A stretch of 33,468 bases of DNA from assembly GCA_046861395.1 (NCBI GenBank), contig JBHHUC010000022.1, positions 1 to 33,468 on the forward strand. The letters are read 5' to 3'. The stretch is from Fidelibacterota bacterium (GTDB lineage: Bacteria > Fidelibacterota > Marinisomatia > Marinisomatales > JABMOV01). Position numbers and translations under genes: made by a program. Below are positions 9,544 to 17,609 of this stretch, one piece after another. The notes under the pieces were generated by a model. The model searched no databases and was not told where the DNA came from. It was given only the letters and a program-made list of their open reading frames with translations. Every line of letters begins with the position of its first letter. The first letter of the stretch is position 1.

Positions 9544-10124
9544 TCGTTCAACATATCAATGGTAAAAGGTTGGGATGTGATCTCCGGCGGTATCCCGGAC
9601 CAGTAAAACATGAGGTTAATCGGTTCGTCCATCCCCTCCAGATAAATCTTATCAAGCCGTGCCGTGATCTTGAGATAATATTCCTTTTCAGGGTCCAGTT
9701 CTCCCATCGAGATGATGGGAATTGCGGAAAAGCTGGCCAGTTGGCGTTTGGCCTGATCAAAGGTAAGGTTGGACAGGAATTCCTTGGTATGCGAGTGATA
9801 TACTTCATAAATCCGGTCCAGATGAGAATAACTGATAGCATTGAAAAATTCGTCTTCCCACACGGGCTGACGGACACCCGTTTCGTATAATTTGACATTG
9901 AGATGAAAATATATTCGTTTCCCCGAAGACAGGATTTCGTCAAAATCATCACTGTAACAATTGACCAGTTGGGTGGATACCAGGACCTGGTTTCCGTCGG
10001 TTTCCAGCTGGATCGGATCCAGGGTGGCACGGACACCGTTGATGGTGGAATAAAAGAGTGACCCGACCGTGATGACGGTCGTAATGATTTGTTTATAAAG
10101 ACTGGTCAGTAATGATGGTTCCAT
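9540..10124 (-). CDS. DUF4390-like exported protein
   Basis: N-terminal hydrophobic segment; style and position directly upstream of an ntrY/ntrX-like pair (4-bp overlap). Confidence 0.65.
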   Translation of the reverse strand: MEPSLLTSLYKQIITTVITVGSLFYSTINGVRATLDPIQLETDGNQVLVSTQLVNCYSDDFDEILSSGKRIYFHLNVKLYETGVRQPVWEDEFFNAISYSHLDRIYEVYHSHTKEFLSNLTFDQAKRQLASFSAIPIISMGELDPEKEYYLKITARLDKIYLEGMDEPINLMFYWSGIPPEITSQPFTIDMLNE

Positions 10125-10206
10125 AGGCTTAGCGGTCGTAAACGATCATGGAATAGGATGGCATCATGAACACGGGAAAGTTACGGGGAAAAAAGAAAAA
10201 TAGGAT

Positions 10207-10242
10207 AAAAAAAGCGGTCACAGGGAAAAGCCCCGTGACCGC
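10207..10242 (-). terminator. Rho-independent terminator of the PDZ/beta-barrel gene
   Basis: Minus strand GCGGTCACGGGG-CTTTT-CCCTGTGACCGC followed by T7, 20 nt after the stop at 10262. Confidence 0.85.
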
Positions 10243-10261
10243 CGTTAGGTTGAATCCGGGA

Positions 10262-11437
10262 TCAGAAACCGAACCAGATACCAAGGTTGTAGGAGAGAGC
10301 ATCCTTGAGGCTTGGCGAATCACCTTCCACGGTGAATTCATATTCGTTTTCAATCCATTTGTCATTGGTGGAATACATTCCCAGATAACCAACACTTCCA
10401 TGAATTCCGACCCAGTTTTGAATACGAACCAGGAGTCCGACCGTGGGTTGGAAAACAAAAAAGTCTTTTCGGAATTTTTCAAAATTAGAGTTCGATGTTT
10501 CAATTTTGTTGTCCCAGGAATATGCGCCGTCTGTTTTTCCCACGGCGATGGACATGGAACCACCACCGATCAGGGTTGAGAAATCCAGGACCAGACGTTC
10601 GGTGAAGAGGGGAACCTTCTTCGTCATGGTGACGCCTCCGAAGCCCAATTCCACCTTGGCCGTTTTAAATCCATTGGGCACATTGAGACTGTCACGGGTG
10701 GGATATTGCTGGGTGTTGATGTAGCCGGCCCCGGCCCCGCCGATGAACCAGCCATGACCAATCATTCCCATTCCGTAACCCCCGGCCATGATTAATTCAT
10801 TCTGTTTGATTTCATTAAATCCGTTCAGTATCAGGAAATCATTCAAGCCGCCCAGGTCCAGGTTTACCAGGGTGATCTGCGGACCACCGCCACCGTAACC
10901 CACCTTGAGTTTTTTCCGGTTCACAATCGTATCCTCATCCAACGGGGCGCCGTATTCATCGGTCACATCGGAGGGCGGGACAAAAACAAGATCGGTTTCG
11001 ATGATTTTTTCATTACGGAATAATTTCACCTTCACCGTATCCCCATAGGATTTACTGTCGCGCAGGCTGAGGAGATGATCCTCAAAGCGAACCATTTCGC
11101 CGTCAAATTCCATGATAATATCACCTTTGATGATTCCGGCGCGGGCGGCATTACCGCCGGAGACGACACCGGTGACCAGAACACCGTAATTCTCCGGATA
11201 GTGCTTTTCATAGACTTCCTCAAAATCAAGATCATCTAGATATAATCCCAGTTTGGGCTTCGCCCCAGACTTGACATTGATTTGAATCGATACATCTTCC
11301 AGTTCGGCCTGAACTTCCTGCAGGGCAGACTGAATTTCATCTTCGATATCCTCCTGAGCCTCTACCGGGGCCGGGGCAACCACCAGGGTATAGGACAAGA
11401 GCCAGAGAGGGACGGTCCGTCGGATAATATTTACCAT
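10262..11437 (-). CDS. Exported PDZ-domain protein with C-terminal glycine-rich putative outer-membrane beta-barrel
   Basis: Signal peptide ending VEA-Q; PDZ motifs (KLGLYL, GVLVTGVVSGGNAARAGIIKGDII); amphipathic Gly/aromatic strands; terminal YNLGIWFGF; RBS AAGGAG. Confidence 0.75.
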   Translation of the reverse strand: MVNIIRRTVPLWLLSYTLVVAPAPVEAQEDIEDEIQSALQEVQAELEDVSIQINVKSGAKPKLGLYLDDLDFEEVYEKHYPENYGVLVTGVVSGGNAARAGIIKGDIIMEFDGEMVRFEDHLLSLRDSKSYGDTVKVKLFRNEKIIETDLVFVPPSDVTDEYGAPLDEDTIVNRKKLKVGYGGGGPQITLVNLDLGGLNDFLILNGFNEIKQNELIMAGGYGMGMIGHGWFIGGAGAGYINTQQYPTRDSLNVPNGFKTAKVELGFGGVTMTKKVPLFTERLVLDFSTLIGGGSMSIAVGKTDGAYSWDNKIETSNSNFEKFRKDFFVFQPTVGLLVRIQNWVGIHGSVGYLGMYSTNDKWIENEYEFTVEGDSPSLKDALSYNLGIWFGF

Positions 11438-11493
11438 GATTAACTCCTTCGTATGGTTTCAAATTGTTCAGTTTTTTAGACTGCCTGACTTTA

Positions 11494-11510
11494 CACAATT
11501 GCCATGCCAG
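11494..11510 (-). promoter_or_regulatory. Putative sigma-54 (-24/-12) promoter
   Basis: Minus strand CTGGCATGGCAATTGTG versus consensus YTGGCACGNNNNTTGCW; GG to -12 spacing exact, GT instead of GC at -12. Confidence 0.6.
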
Positions 11511-11572
11511 AAATGGGTTGGCGGTGTAAATCCAGTAATAATAATGTTGGATATTGTCGATGATAGTAGAAA

Positions 11573-11622
11573 TATATGAAAATGATATAGCTGGGGTCAG
11601 CGAATTATATCAAAGCGATATG
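11573..11622. promoter_or_regulatory. Pair of 17-bp dyads, candidate enhancer (UAS) for a sigma-54 activator
   Basis: TATATGAAAATGATATA (11573-11589) and TATATCAAAGCGATATG (11606-11622), 33 bp apart. Confidence 0.55.
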
Positions 11623-12524
11623 TAACAACGATGGTCCTTGAATACGGTTTCATTCCGTTCTTCCGGCCAATATCCCATCATGACACCGTGTCCACTTATG
11701 GCCAAATATTCGGCTGATACCGTCATTCTCATAAGGTGGATGGGGTCCCCGCCGATACAGAGAACACCGCCGGTTTCAGGCCGCAGATAGAGTTCATGTG
11801 GGAGAAAAGCATTTTTCCATTCCGATGTGATAGTGAGTGATTTTTCCCCCTTGGCCCTGGGCGCATTGAAGGTAATATCAGGATCTTGCACGGTAAAGGA
11901 ACAACGGGCATAAAAAGGCAATAAAACGGAAGTCAATAACCAGGATAGGGTGAAGAGTGGTTCATGAGCATGAATCCGGTTGTCGGGGTCAACCGGGATT
12001 CCTGAGCAAAGTCCGTTGACATTTACCAGAAGCTGATAATGGCTTAACCGAACGGGAGCCGGCCTCGTTAGAACGAAACAGGCTTCATCTCCCAGTAAAG
12101 GAACGGCGGTGGGCTGGAAAGGTCCCGGAGGACTTACCACCAGGTCCGTCGGACCCGTGATCGTTTTGATGTTATCCGGCTGATCCGGCTCGGACGGTAG
12201 CGGGGAATGGGTAAGCACCAGGGAGGCGCCGATGAGCCAGGTGGCAAAGGCCAGGAAATGAGCTGTCGGCTCCTGGACTTCATCAAATTGAATCCGGTCC
12301 CCGGGTTTACAGCCCTGTTCCTGTAACCAGCGGGCAGCCAGAACGACCCGATCTTGAAAGGACGCATTGCTGATTTCCCAGTCGGGAAAACAGGTTTCCC
12401 GGGAATATTTGATGGTTGCTCCTTCCACCAGACTGGAGAGATTGGGATAGGCAACCATATGTTCAATCGGTTCGACATTGCCGAAACATTGGGCCTGATA
12501 AATGCGCTCAGACAGGGAGGACAT
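11610..12524 (-). CDS. Degenerate/truncated AMP-binding (ANL superfamily)-like protein
   Basis: AARWLQEQGCKPGDRI, VRLSHYQLLVN and ISGHGVMMGY resemble acyl-CoA synthetases; TSGTTG P-loop, TGD motif and C-terminal domain absent; 1-bp overlap with the upstream gene. Confidence 0.6.
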   Translation of the reverse strand: MSSLSERIYQAQCFGNVEPIEHMVAYPNLSSLVEGATIKYSRETCFPDWEISNASFQDRVVLAARWLQEQGCKPGDRIQFDEVQEPTAHFLAFATWLIGASLVLTHSPLPSEPDQPDNIKTITGPTDLVVSPPGPFQPTAVPLLGDEACFVLTRPAPVRLSHYQLLVNVNGLCSGIPVDPDNRIHAHEPLFTLSWLLTSVLLPFYARCSFTVQDPDITFNAPRAKGEKSLTITSEWKNAFLPHELYLRPETGGVLCIGGDPIHLMRMTVSAEYLAISGHGVMMGYWPEERNETVFKDHRCYISL

Positions 12525-13135
12525 TATTTATTTCGCACTTTTTCAAAGGTGTCGGTGACACGGCAGTAACCATTGCCAGCCAGTCGACCCACGGGACGCA
12601 GTTTTTCCAGCAGAATGCGTCCCTGATCGTATATTTCATCAGCAATATGGTAGGTGACAATGGTTCCCAGAACGAGAAATCCGCTGCCAGCTGATCCGTC
12701 TCCAATTTCGATGATCTGCTGCAAGGTGCATTCCATGCTGATTTTTGCTTCGTCCACACGCGGAGCGCCGATCTTCAATGAAGGAATCGGGGTGAGTCCG
12801 GCGGCCTCAAATTCATTAATCTCAGGCGGGAACTCCCGTGCCGTTTCAACCAGCTCAGTGAGAATATCCTCACCGGGAATGTTAATCACGAATTCTCCCG
12901 TTTCCCGGATGTTGACTAGCGTATCTTTCTGTTTCCCGTCACTACTGCGCCGTACCGGGGCAAAGGCTACAGTCGGGGGATTGGAACAGACACCGTTAAA
13001 AAAAGAGAAGGGCGCCAGGTTGGATATACCCGCCCGGGAAACGGTGGATACAAAGGCTATGGGCCGTGGAACGATGGAACCGATCATTAATTTATAATTG
13101 TCCTTATGGGTCAGTTCAATGGGGTCCAGAATCAT
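12524..13135 (-). CDS. Flavin reductase-like FMN-binding protein
   Basis: YKLMIGSIVPRPIAFVST, NLAPFSFFN, KDTLVNIRETGEFVIN, RLAGNGY. Confidence 0.88.
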   Translation of the reverse strand: MILDPIELTHKDNYKLMIGSIVPRPIAFVSTVSRAGISNLAPFSFFNGVCSNPPTVAFAPVRRSSDGKQKDTLVNIRETGEFVINIPGEDILTELVETAREFPPEINEFEAAGLTPIPSLKIGAPRVDEAKISMECTLQQIIEIGDGSAGSGFLVLGTIVTYHIADEIYDQGRILLEKLRPVGRLAGNGYCRVTDTFEKVRNK

Positions 13136-13147
13136 ACAATACCCTGT

Positions 13148-14299
13148 CTATTTGGTTAACCAGGAAAAGGGATAATCGGCATCGTCGATATCATCAGCCG
13201 GTCGGGTACAACGCAGTGGCTGGAAGGTATCGATCATGACTGCCAACTCCCGGGTTTCTTTCTGTCCCACGGAGGCCTGAGCTTTACCTGGCTGGGGTCC
13301 GTGGGGGAGTCCCATGGGATGGTAGGTCAGAGAGCCCGGTTTCATACCTGCCCGGCTCATGAAATTTCCATTCACGTAGTACAATATTTCATCACTATCC
13401 ACATTGCTGTGGGCATAGGGCGCTGGAATGGCCTGATGATGATAATCATAGAGACGGGGGACGAAGGAGCAAATCACCAGGCCGGTTGCCTGAAAGGTTT
13501 GATGCACCGGAGGCGGCTGGTGAATCCGTCCCGTGATGGGTTCAAAATCATTGATATTGAAAGCCCAAGGAAAATAATAACCGTCCCAACCGACAACATC
13601 AAAGGGATGGTTGGCGTAGGAATAGGTCTGGTGACCATTGCGGATTTTCACGACAACATCGACGGGTCCCTGGACCGGTGGTTCATCGGGAAGGACGGGA
13701 GTGCGGATATCCCGTTCACAGAAGGGCGCGTGCTCCATTAATTGTCCGGCGCTGTTCCGGTAGCGGGATGGAGTTGCAACGGGACCGTTGGTTTCAATGA
13801 CAAGAATTTCCAGGGGGCCGGATTCGTTGATTTGCCAAATGACTCCGCGGGGAATGACAAGGTAATCTCCGGACCGGAATTCAATGGTCCCGAAATTGGA
13901 TAAGAATTGTCCCGATCCTTCATGGATAAACAGGACTTCATCGGCCTGGCCATTCCGGTAGCAATAGTCCATTCCCTTATTCACATGGGCTTTGGCAATG
14001 ATGCAATCGGCATTGAATAATAGCGGAACCCGGGCCGTGACGGCATCTCCGGTCGCCGCAAGTGATCCACTCCGTAAATGCCGCACCCGATGTTCCTTCG
14101 GACTGGTTTCCAGTGGAAGAGGCAGAAAATCACCCACTGCCGTGACGGCAGTGGGGGGGTGGCAGTGATAGAGGTTGGAATAGATGGCATTGAATCCTTC
14201 CCGGCTGACCAGTTCTTCCCAGTACCAGTCGCCCCGGGAATTAGTGAATTGAATGTGACGTTTCGGCGGAATCTGTCCCTCGTGACGGTAGAATGGCAT
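13148..14299 (-). CDS. hmgA: Homogentisate 1,2-dioxygenase
   Basis: Start MPFYRHEGQIPPKRH at 14299; HPFDVVGWDG, HQPPPVHQTF, PYAHSNVDSDE and LPHGP iron ligands. Confidence 0.93.
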   Translation of the reverse strand: MPFYRHEGQIPPKRHIQFTNSRGDWYWEELVSREGFNAIYSNLYHCHPPTAVTAVGDFLPLPLETSPKEHRVRHLRSGSLAATGDAVTARVPLLFNADCIIAKAHVNKGMDYCYRNGQADEVLFIHEGSGQFLSNFGTIEFRSGDYLVIPRGVIWQINESGPLEILVIETNGPVATPSRYRNSAGQLMEHAPFCERDIRTPVLPDEPPVQGPVDVVVKIRNGHQTYSYANHPFDVVGWDGYYFPWAFNINDFEPITGRIHQPPPVHQTFQATGLVICSFVPRLYDYHHQAIPAPYAHSNVDSDEILYYVNGNFMSRAGMKPGSLTYHPMGLPHGPQPGKAQASVGQKETRELAVMIDTFQPLRCTRPADDIDDADYPFSWLTK

Positions 14300-14300
14300 A

Positions 14301-15302
14301 TCAGATAACCTCTTCCTGCTGAATAATTTGATTGGTAAGTGTCCCCAGGGATTCAATGTCCAGCGACACCACATCACCGGGTTTCAGCCAGCCACCGGTC
14401 GTTTCCGGCTGCAATTCCAGGATACAGCCCGTTCCCACGGTCCCGGAACCGATGATATCACCGGGCACGAGACGGGTATTGCGACTGGCCTGGGCGATGA
14501 GCACCGGAAAGGGATGATACATGTCGGCTGTATTCCCATGGGAAATTTCTGTGCCGTTCAGGGTGGCCGTCATGGTGAGATTCAATGATTTATCGTCATG
14601 TGAAGTTGTGAATTCATCGGGTGTGACCAGCCAGGGTCCCAGGGATGTGGCAAAATCCTTGCCCTTGGCCGGTCCCAGGTTCAGTTTCATTTCCCGACGT
14701 TGCCAGTCCCGGGCCGACCAGTCATTCATGATCGTATATCCTGCAATATGGTAGTCCGCGTCGCCGGCCGGAATATCCCGGCCTTCCAGGCCGATAATGG
14801 CAGCTATTTCCAGTTCAAAATCCAATTCGCGGGTTCCGGCAGGATAAATCAGCGGCGCCCGGTGTCCCAGCAAGGCATTGGGATTGGAAAAATAAAAGAC
14901 AGGTAATTCATACCATTCCGGGTCCATGGCCAGCCCGCGTAATTGCCGGGCGGCTTTCACGTGCTGCTCAAATGCGTAAAAGTCCCGGATGGTGGCAGGA
15001 TCAGGAACCGGCGGGTGGAATATTACCCTGGCTTCGGCCGTGGCAATGGGATGATCATTGGCCTGATAGGTGTCCAAATCGTAATCAGGAAGAGCGGCAG
15101 AGAGTTCCCGTAATTTTTTATGGTTCGCGTGCCAGTTTGCCAGGGCCCGTTTCATCGTGGTGGGAAGATCGAGAAAATCCGCATTACCTGATTGTTGTTT
15201 GACCCAGATGGCAGCCCGGATGACGTCCACAATCCAGGGTCCTTTTTTAAACCCGAAACGGGGGCGGTCACCGGAGCGGAGAGAATAGGTACAATACTTC
15301 AT
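14301..15302 (-). CDS. Fumarylacetoacetate hydrolase family protein
   Basis: RDFYAFEQH, LDFELEIA, NDWSARD, AKGKDF, GDIIGSGT; lies between hppD and hmgA. Confidence 0.9.
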   Translation of the reverse strand: MKYCTYSLRSGDRPRFGFKKGPWIVDVIRAAIWVKQQSGNADFLDLPTTMKRALANWHANHKKLRELSAALPDYDLDTYQANDHPIATAEARVIFHPPVPDPATIRDFYAFEQHVKAARQLRGLAMDPEWYELPVFYFSNPNALLGHRAPLIYPAGTRELDFELEIAAIIGLEGRDIPAGDADYHIAGYTIMNDWSARDWQRREMKLNLGPAKGKDFATSLGPWLVTPDEFTTSHDDKSLNLTMTATLNGTEISHGNTADMYHPFPVLIAQASRNTRLVPGDIIGSGTVGTGCILELQPETTGGWLKPGDVVSLDIESLGTLTNQIIQQEEVI

Positions 15303-15310
15303 ACCCGGCT

Positions 15311-16432
15311 TCAGAGATTCCCGCGACGCTCCTGTTCCTTCTCAATGGATTCAAAAAGAGCCTGAAAATTTCCCTGACCAAATCCCCGGGAACCTTTCCG
15401 CTGAATAATTTCGTAAAACAATGTCGGACGGTCTTCCACCGGTTTGCTGAATAATTGCAGTAAATATCCTTCGTCGTCCCGATCCACCAGAAGACCCAGC
15501 TCACGTAATTCATCAAGGGCTTCATCGATGGCTCCGACACGGTCCGACAGTTCATCATAATATGCGTCCGGGACAAAAAGAAATTCCACACCGTTGGCCC
15601 GCAAGGCGCGGATCGTATGCAGAATATCACCGGTCAACAGGGCGATGTGCTGAACACCGGGACCTTCGTTGAATTCCAGATATTCTTCGATCTGGGACTT
15701 TTTCAGACCGGCCGCCGGTTCATTGATGGGAAACAGAACACGCCAGTTTTTGGAACGCATGACGCGGCTTTTCAAGGCTGAATATTTCGTAGAAATATCC
15801 CCTTCATCAAACAGGATAAAATTGGTAAAACCGAACACCGTTTCGTAATAATGCTTCCAGACATCCATTTCCTGAATATTGACGTTGCCTACAATGTGAT
15901 CAATGGTGATCAAACCCGGGTCCTGACATGAAACGGGGGGCAATGACAGTGGAATAAACCCCGGCACCCAGAGACCGGAATAACGGGAACGGTCGATAAA
16001 GGAATGAATAGTATCGCCATAGGTCCTGATCCCCGCTTTTGTTACACTGCCGCTCTCATCCTCCCCGGCCTCCGGGGCATAATGTGACACGGCTCCACGC
16101 TCCAGGCAGGCCTGATAATCGTCGCTTACAGATGTAGATTGAAAGGCAATGTCAAACACGCCGTCACCATGCTTCATAATCCAGCGGGAGGCGGGATGAC
16201 GGGACGAAAGAGGTGTGGTAAAGATAAATACGATCTTATGTTGCCGCAGGACGTAGGACACATGGTCCCGGCATCCGGTTTCCGGTCCGGCATAGGCCAG
16301 GCATTGAAAACCGAACAGGGAACGGTAATAATGGACAACCTGTTTGGCATTGCTGACAAAAAATTCAACGTGACTCAGTTTAATATCCGGGAAATAATCT
16401 TTTCCCAGCCATTCTTTGGTAATGACGGCCAT
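15311..16432 (-). CDS. hppD: 4-hydroxyphenylpyruvate dioxygenase
   Basis: IDHIVGN, SQIEEYL, GVQHIAL, FYEIIQRKGSRGFGQGNFQALFESIE. Confidence 0.97.
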   Translation of the reverse strand: MAVITKEWLGKDYFPDIKLSHVEFFVSNAKQVVHYYRSLFGFQCLAYAGPETGCRDHVSYVLRQHKIVFIFTTPLSSRHPASRWIMKHGDGVFDIAFQSTSVSDDYQACLERGAVSHYAPEAGEDESGSVTKAGIRTYGDTIHSFIDRSRYSGLWVPGFIPLSLPPVSCQDPGLITIDHIVGNVNIQEMDVWKHYYETVFGFTNFILFDEGDISTKYSALKSRVMRSKNWRVLFPINEPAAGLKKSQIEEYLEFNEGPGVQHIALLTGDILHTIRALRANGVEFLFVPDAYYDELSDRVGAIDEALDELRELGLLVDRDDEGYLLQLFSKPVEDRPTLFYEIIQRKGSRGFGQGNFQALFESIEKEQERRGNL

Positions 16433-16437
16433 GAAAG

Positions 16438-17532
16438 TCAGTCTCCGTTCAGAATCGTTTGCAGGGCGTCCAGGCAGCGCTGGTTTTCATGCTCCAGTCC
16501 GATGGAAATGCGAATGCATTCGGGCCAGCCAAAGGCCGCAAGATGACGAACGATAACACCTTTGCGAAGCAGTTGATCAGTAATGGCAGCGGCCTGTTTT
16601 TCCGAATTCCAGATGGTGGTTATAAAATTGGTGGCGGTGGGAATATAGCGTATCCCCCAGCGGTCAAAATGTTGATAATAAGATGCTTTCCCCGTTTCGT
16701 TCAATTCCAGTGTTCTGGTCATGAAATTGGTATCACCCAGAGCCGCGTATCCGGCGACCTGAGCCAGAAAGGATGGTTCGAAAGGCACTTTTACCTTCAT
16801 GATATTATCGATGAGTGTTTCGTGGGCAAAGCCGTAACCGATGCGGATTCCGGCCAGTCCGAATGCTTTACTGAAGGTGCGAAGCGTGATGACATTATCG
16901 TAGCGATACGTCATTGAATCGGGAAAATCGGGAATATCGCGGGTGAACTCGAAATAAGCCTCATCCAGGATGATGAGCACGCGGGGCGGAACATGAGTAT
17001 AGAAAGCATCAAATTCCTGGCGCGTGATATAGGTGCCCATGGGATTGTCGGGATTGGCTATGTAGATAATTTTCGTATAATCATTGATCGCTTCCGCCAT
17101 GGCGGGCAAGTTATAGCGATTGTTTTTCATCGGAACCCAGTGTATTCGGCGTCCCGTGGCATTTGCCAGCACTTGGAACCCGATAAAGGAATTCGCCGCC
17201 GAAATGATTTCATCATCGGACAGTAGGAAGGTACGCATGATGGTGGACATGATTCCTTCGGAACCGGCACCGAGGACGACATTTTCCATTTTAACGGAAT
17301 AACGACGGGCCAGGGCATCCCGTAATTTGAATCCCATGGCATCGGGATAACGATGGCAGCTTTCCATCGCCAATTTCATAGCGGCCAGGGCTCGAGGAGA
17401 AGGACCCGAAGCATTTTCATTGGAGGCTAGTTTCACCACATCTGTGATTCCCAGCTCCCGATGCACTTCTTCGATGGGTTTCCCCGGTTTATAGCTGCTT
17501 AAATCCCGGATATAAGCAGGAACTAACGGCAC
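16438..17532 (-). CDS. hisC: HisC-family (class Ib) aminotransferase, probably aromatic-amino-acid aminotransferase here
   Basis: YKPGKP, KLASNEN, NPDNPMG, DEAY, RTFSKAFGLAGIRIGY; GTG start with GAAGGGAG RBS; 5 nt upstream of hppD. Confidence 0.8.
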   Translation of the reverse strand: MPLVPAYIRDLSSYKPGKPIEEVHRELGITDVVKLASNENASGPSPRALAAMKLAMESCHRYPDAMGFKLRDALARRYSVKMENVVLGAGSEGIMSTIMRTFLLSDDEIISAANSFIGFQVLANATGRRIHWVPMKNNRYNLPAMAEAINDYTKIIYIANPDNPMGTYITRQEFDAFYTHVPPRVLIILDEAYFEFTRDIPDFPDSMTYRYDNVITLRTFSKAFGLAGIRIGYGFAHETLIDNIMKVKVPFEPSFLAQVAGYAALGDTNFMTRTLELNETGKASYYQHFDRWGIRYIPTATNFITTIWNSEKQAAAITDQLLRKGVIVRHLAAFGWPECIRISIGLEHENQRCLDALQTILNGD

Positions 17533-17575
17533 GATCTGTCTCCCTTCATGATTGTAAATTTACAGCGGATCAATA

Positions 17576-17599
17576 GTGAATCCCTATTCCCGGATTCAC
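17576..17599 (-). terminator. Hairpin just downstream of the aldehyde dehydrogenase gene
   Basis: GTGAATCC-8 nt-GGATTCAC perfect 8-bp stem with a weak U-tract (TATTG on the minus strand). Confidence 0.4.
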
Positions 17600-17609
17600 A
17601 ATCCCCGCT

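Noticed and set aside
10129..10579. ORFs 10129..10566 (-) and 10166..10579 (+)
   Set aside because: They overlap the PDZ gene end and run through its terminator, with no recognisable motifs
17553..17564. Perfect palindrome TGTAAATTTACA upstream of the tyrosine operon as a TyrR/PhhR box
   Set aside because: TyrR boxes are TGTAAA-N6-TTTACA and this has no spacer. It may simply be an extended -10 (TG-TAAATT); another operator cannot be excluded
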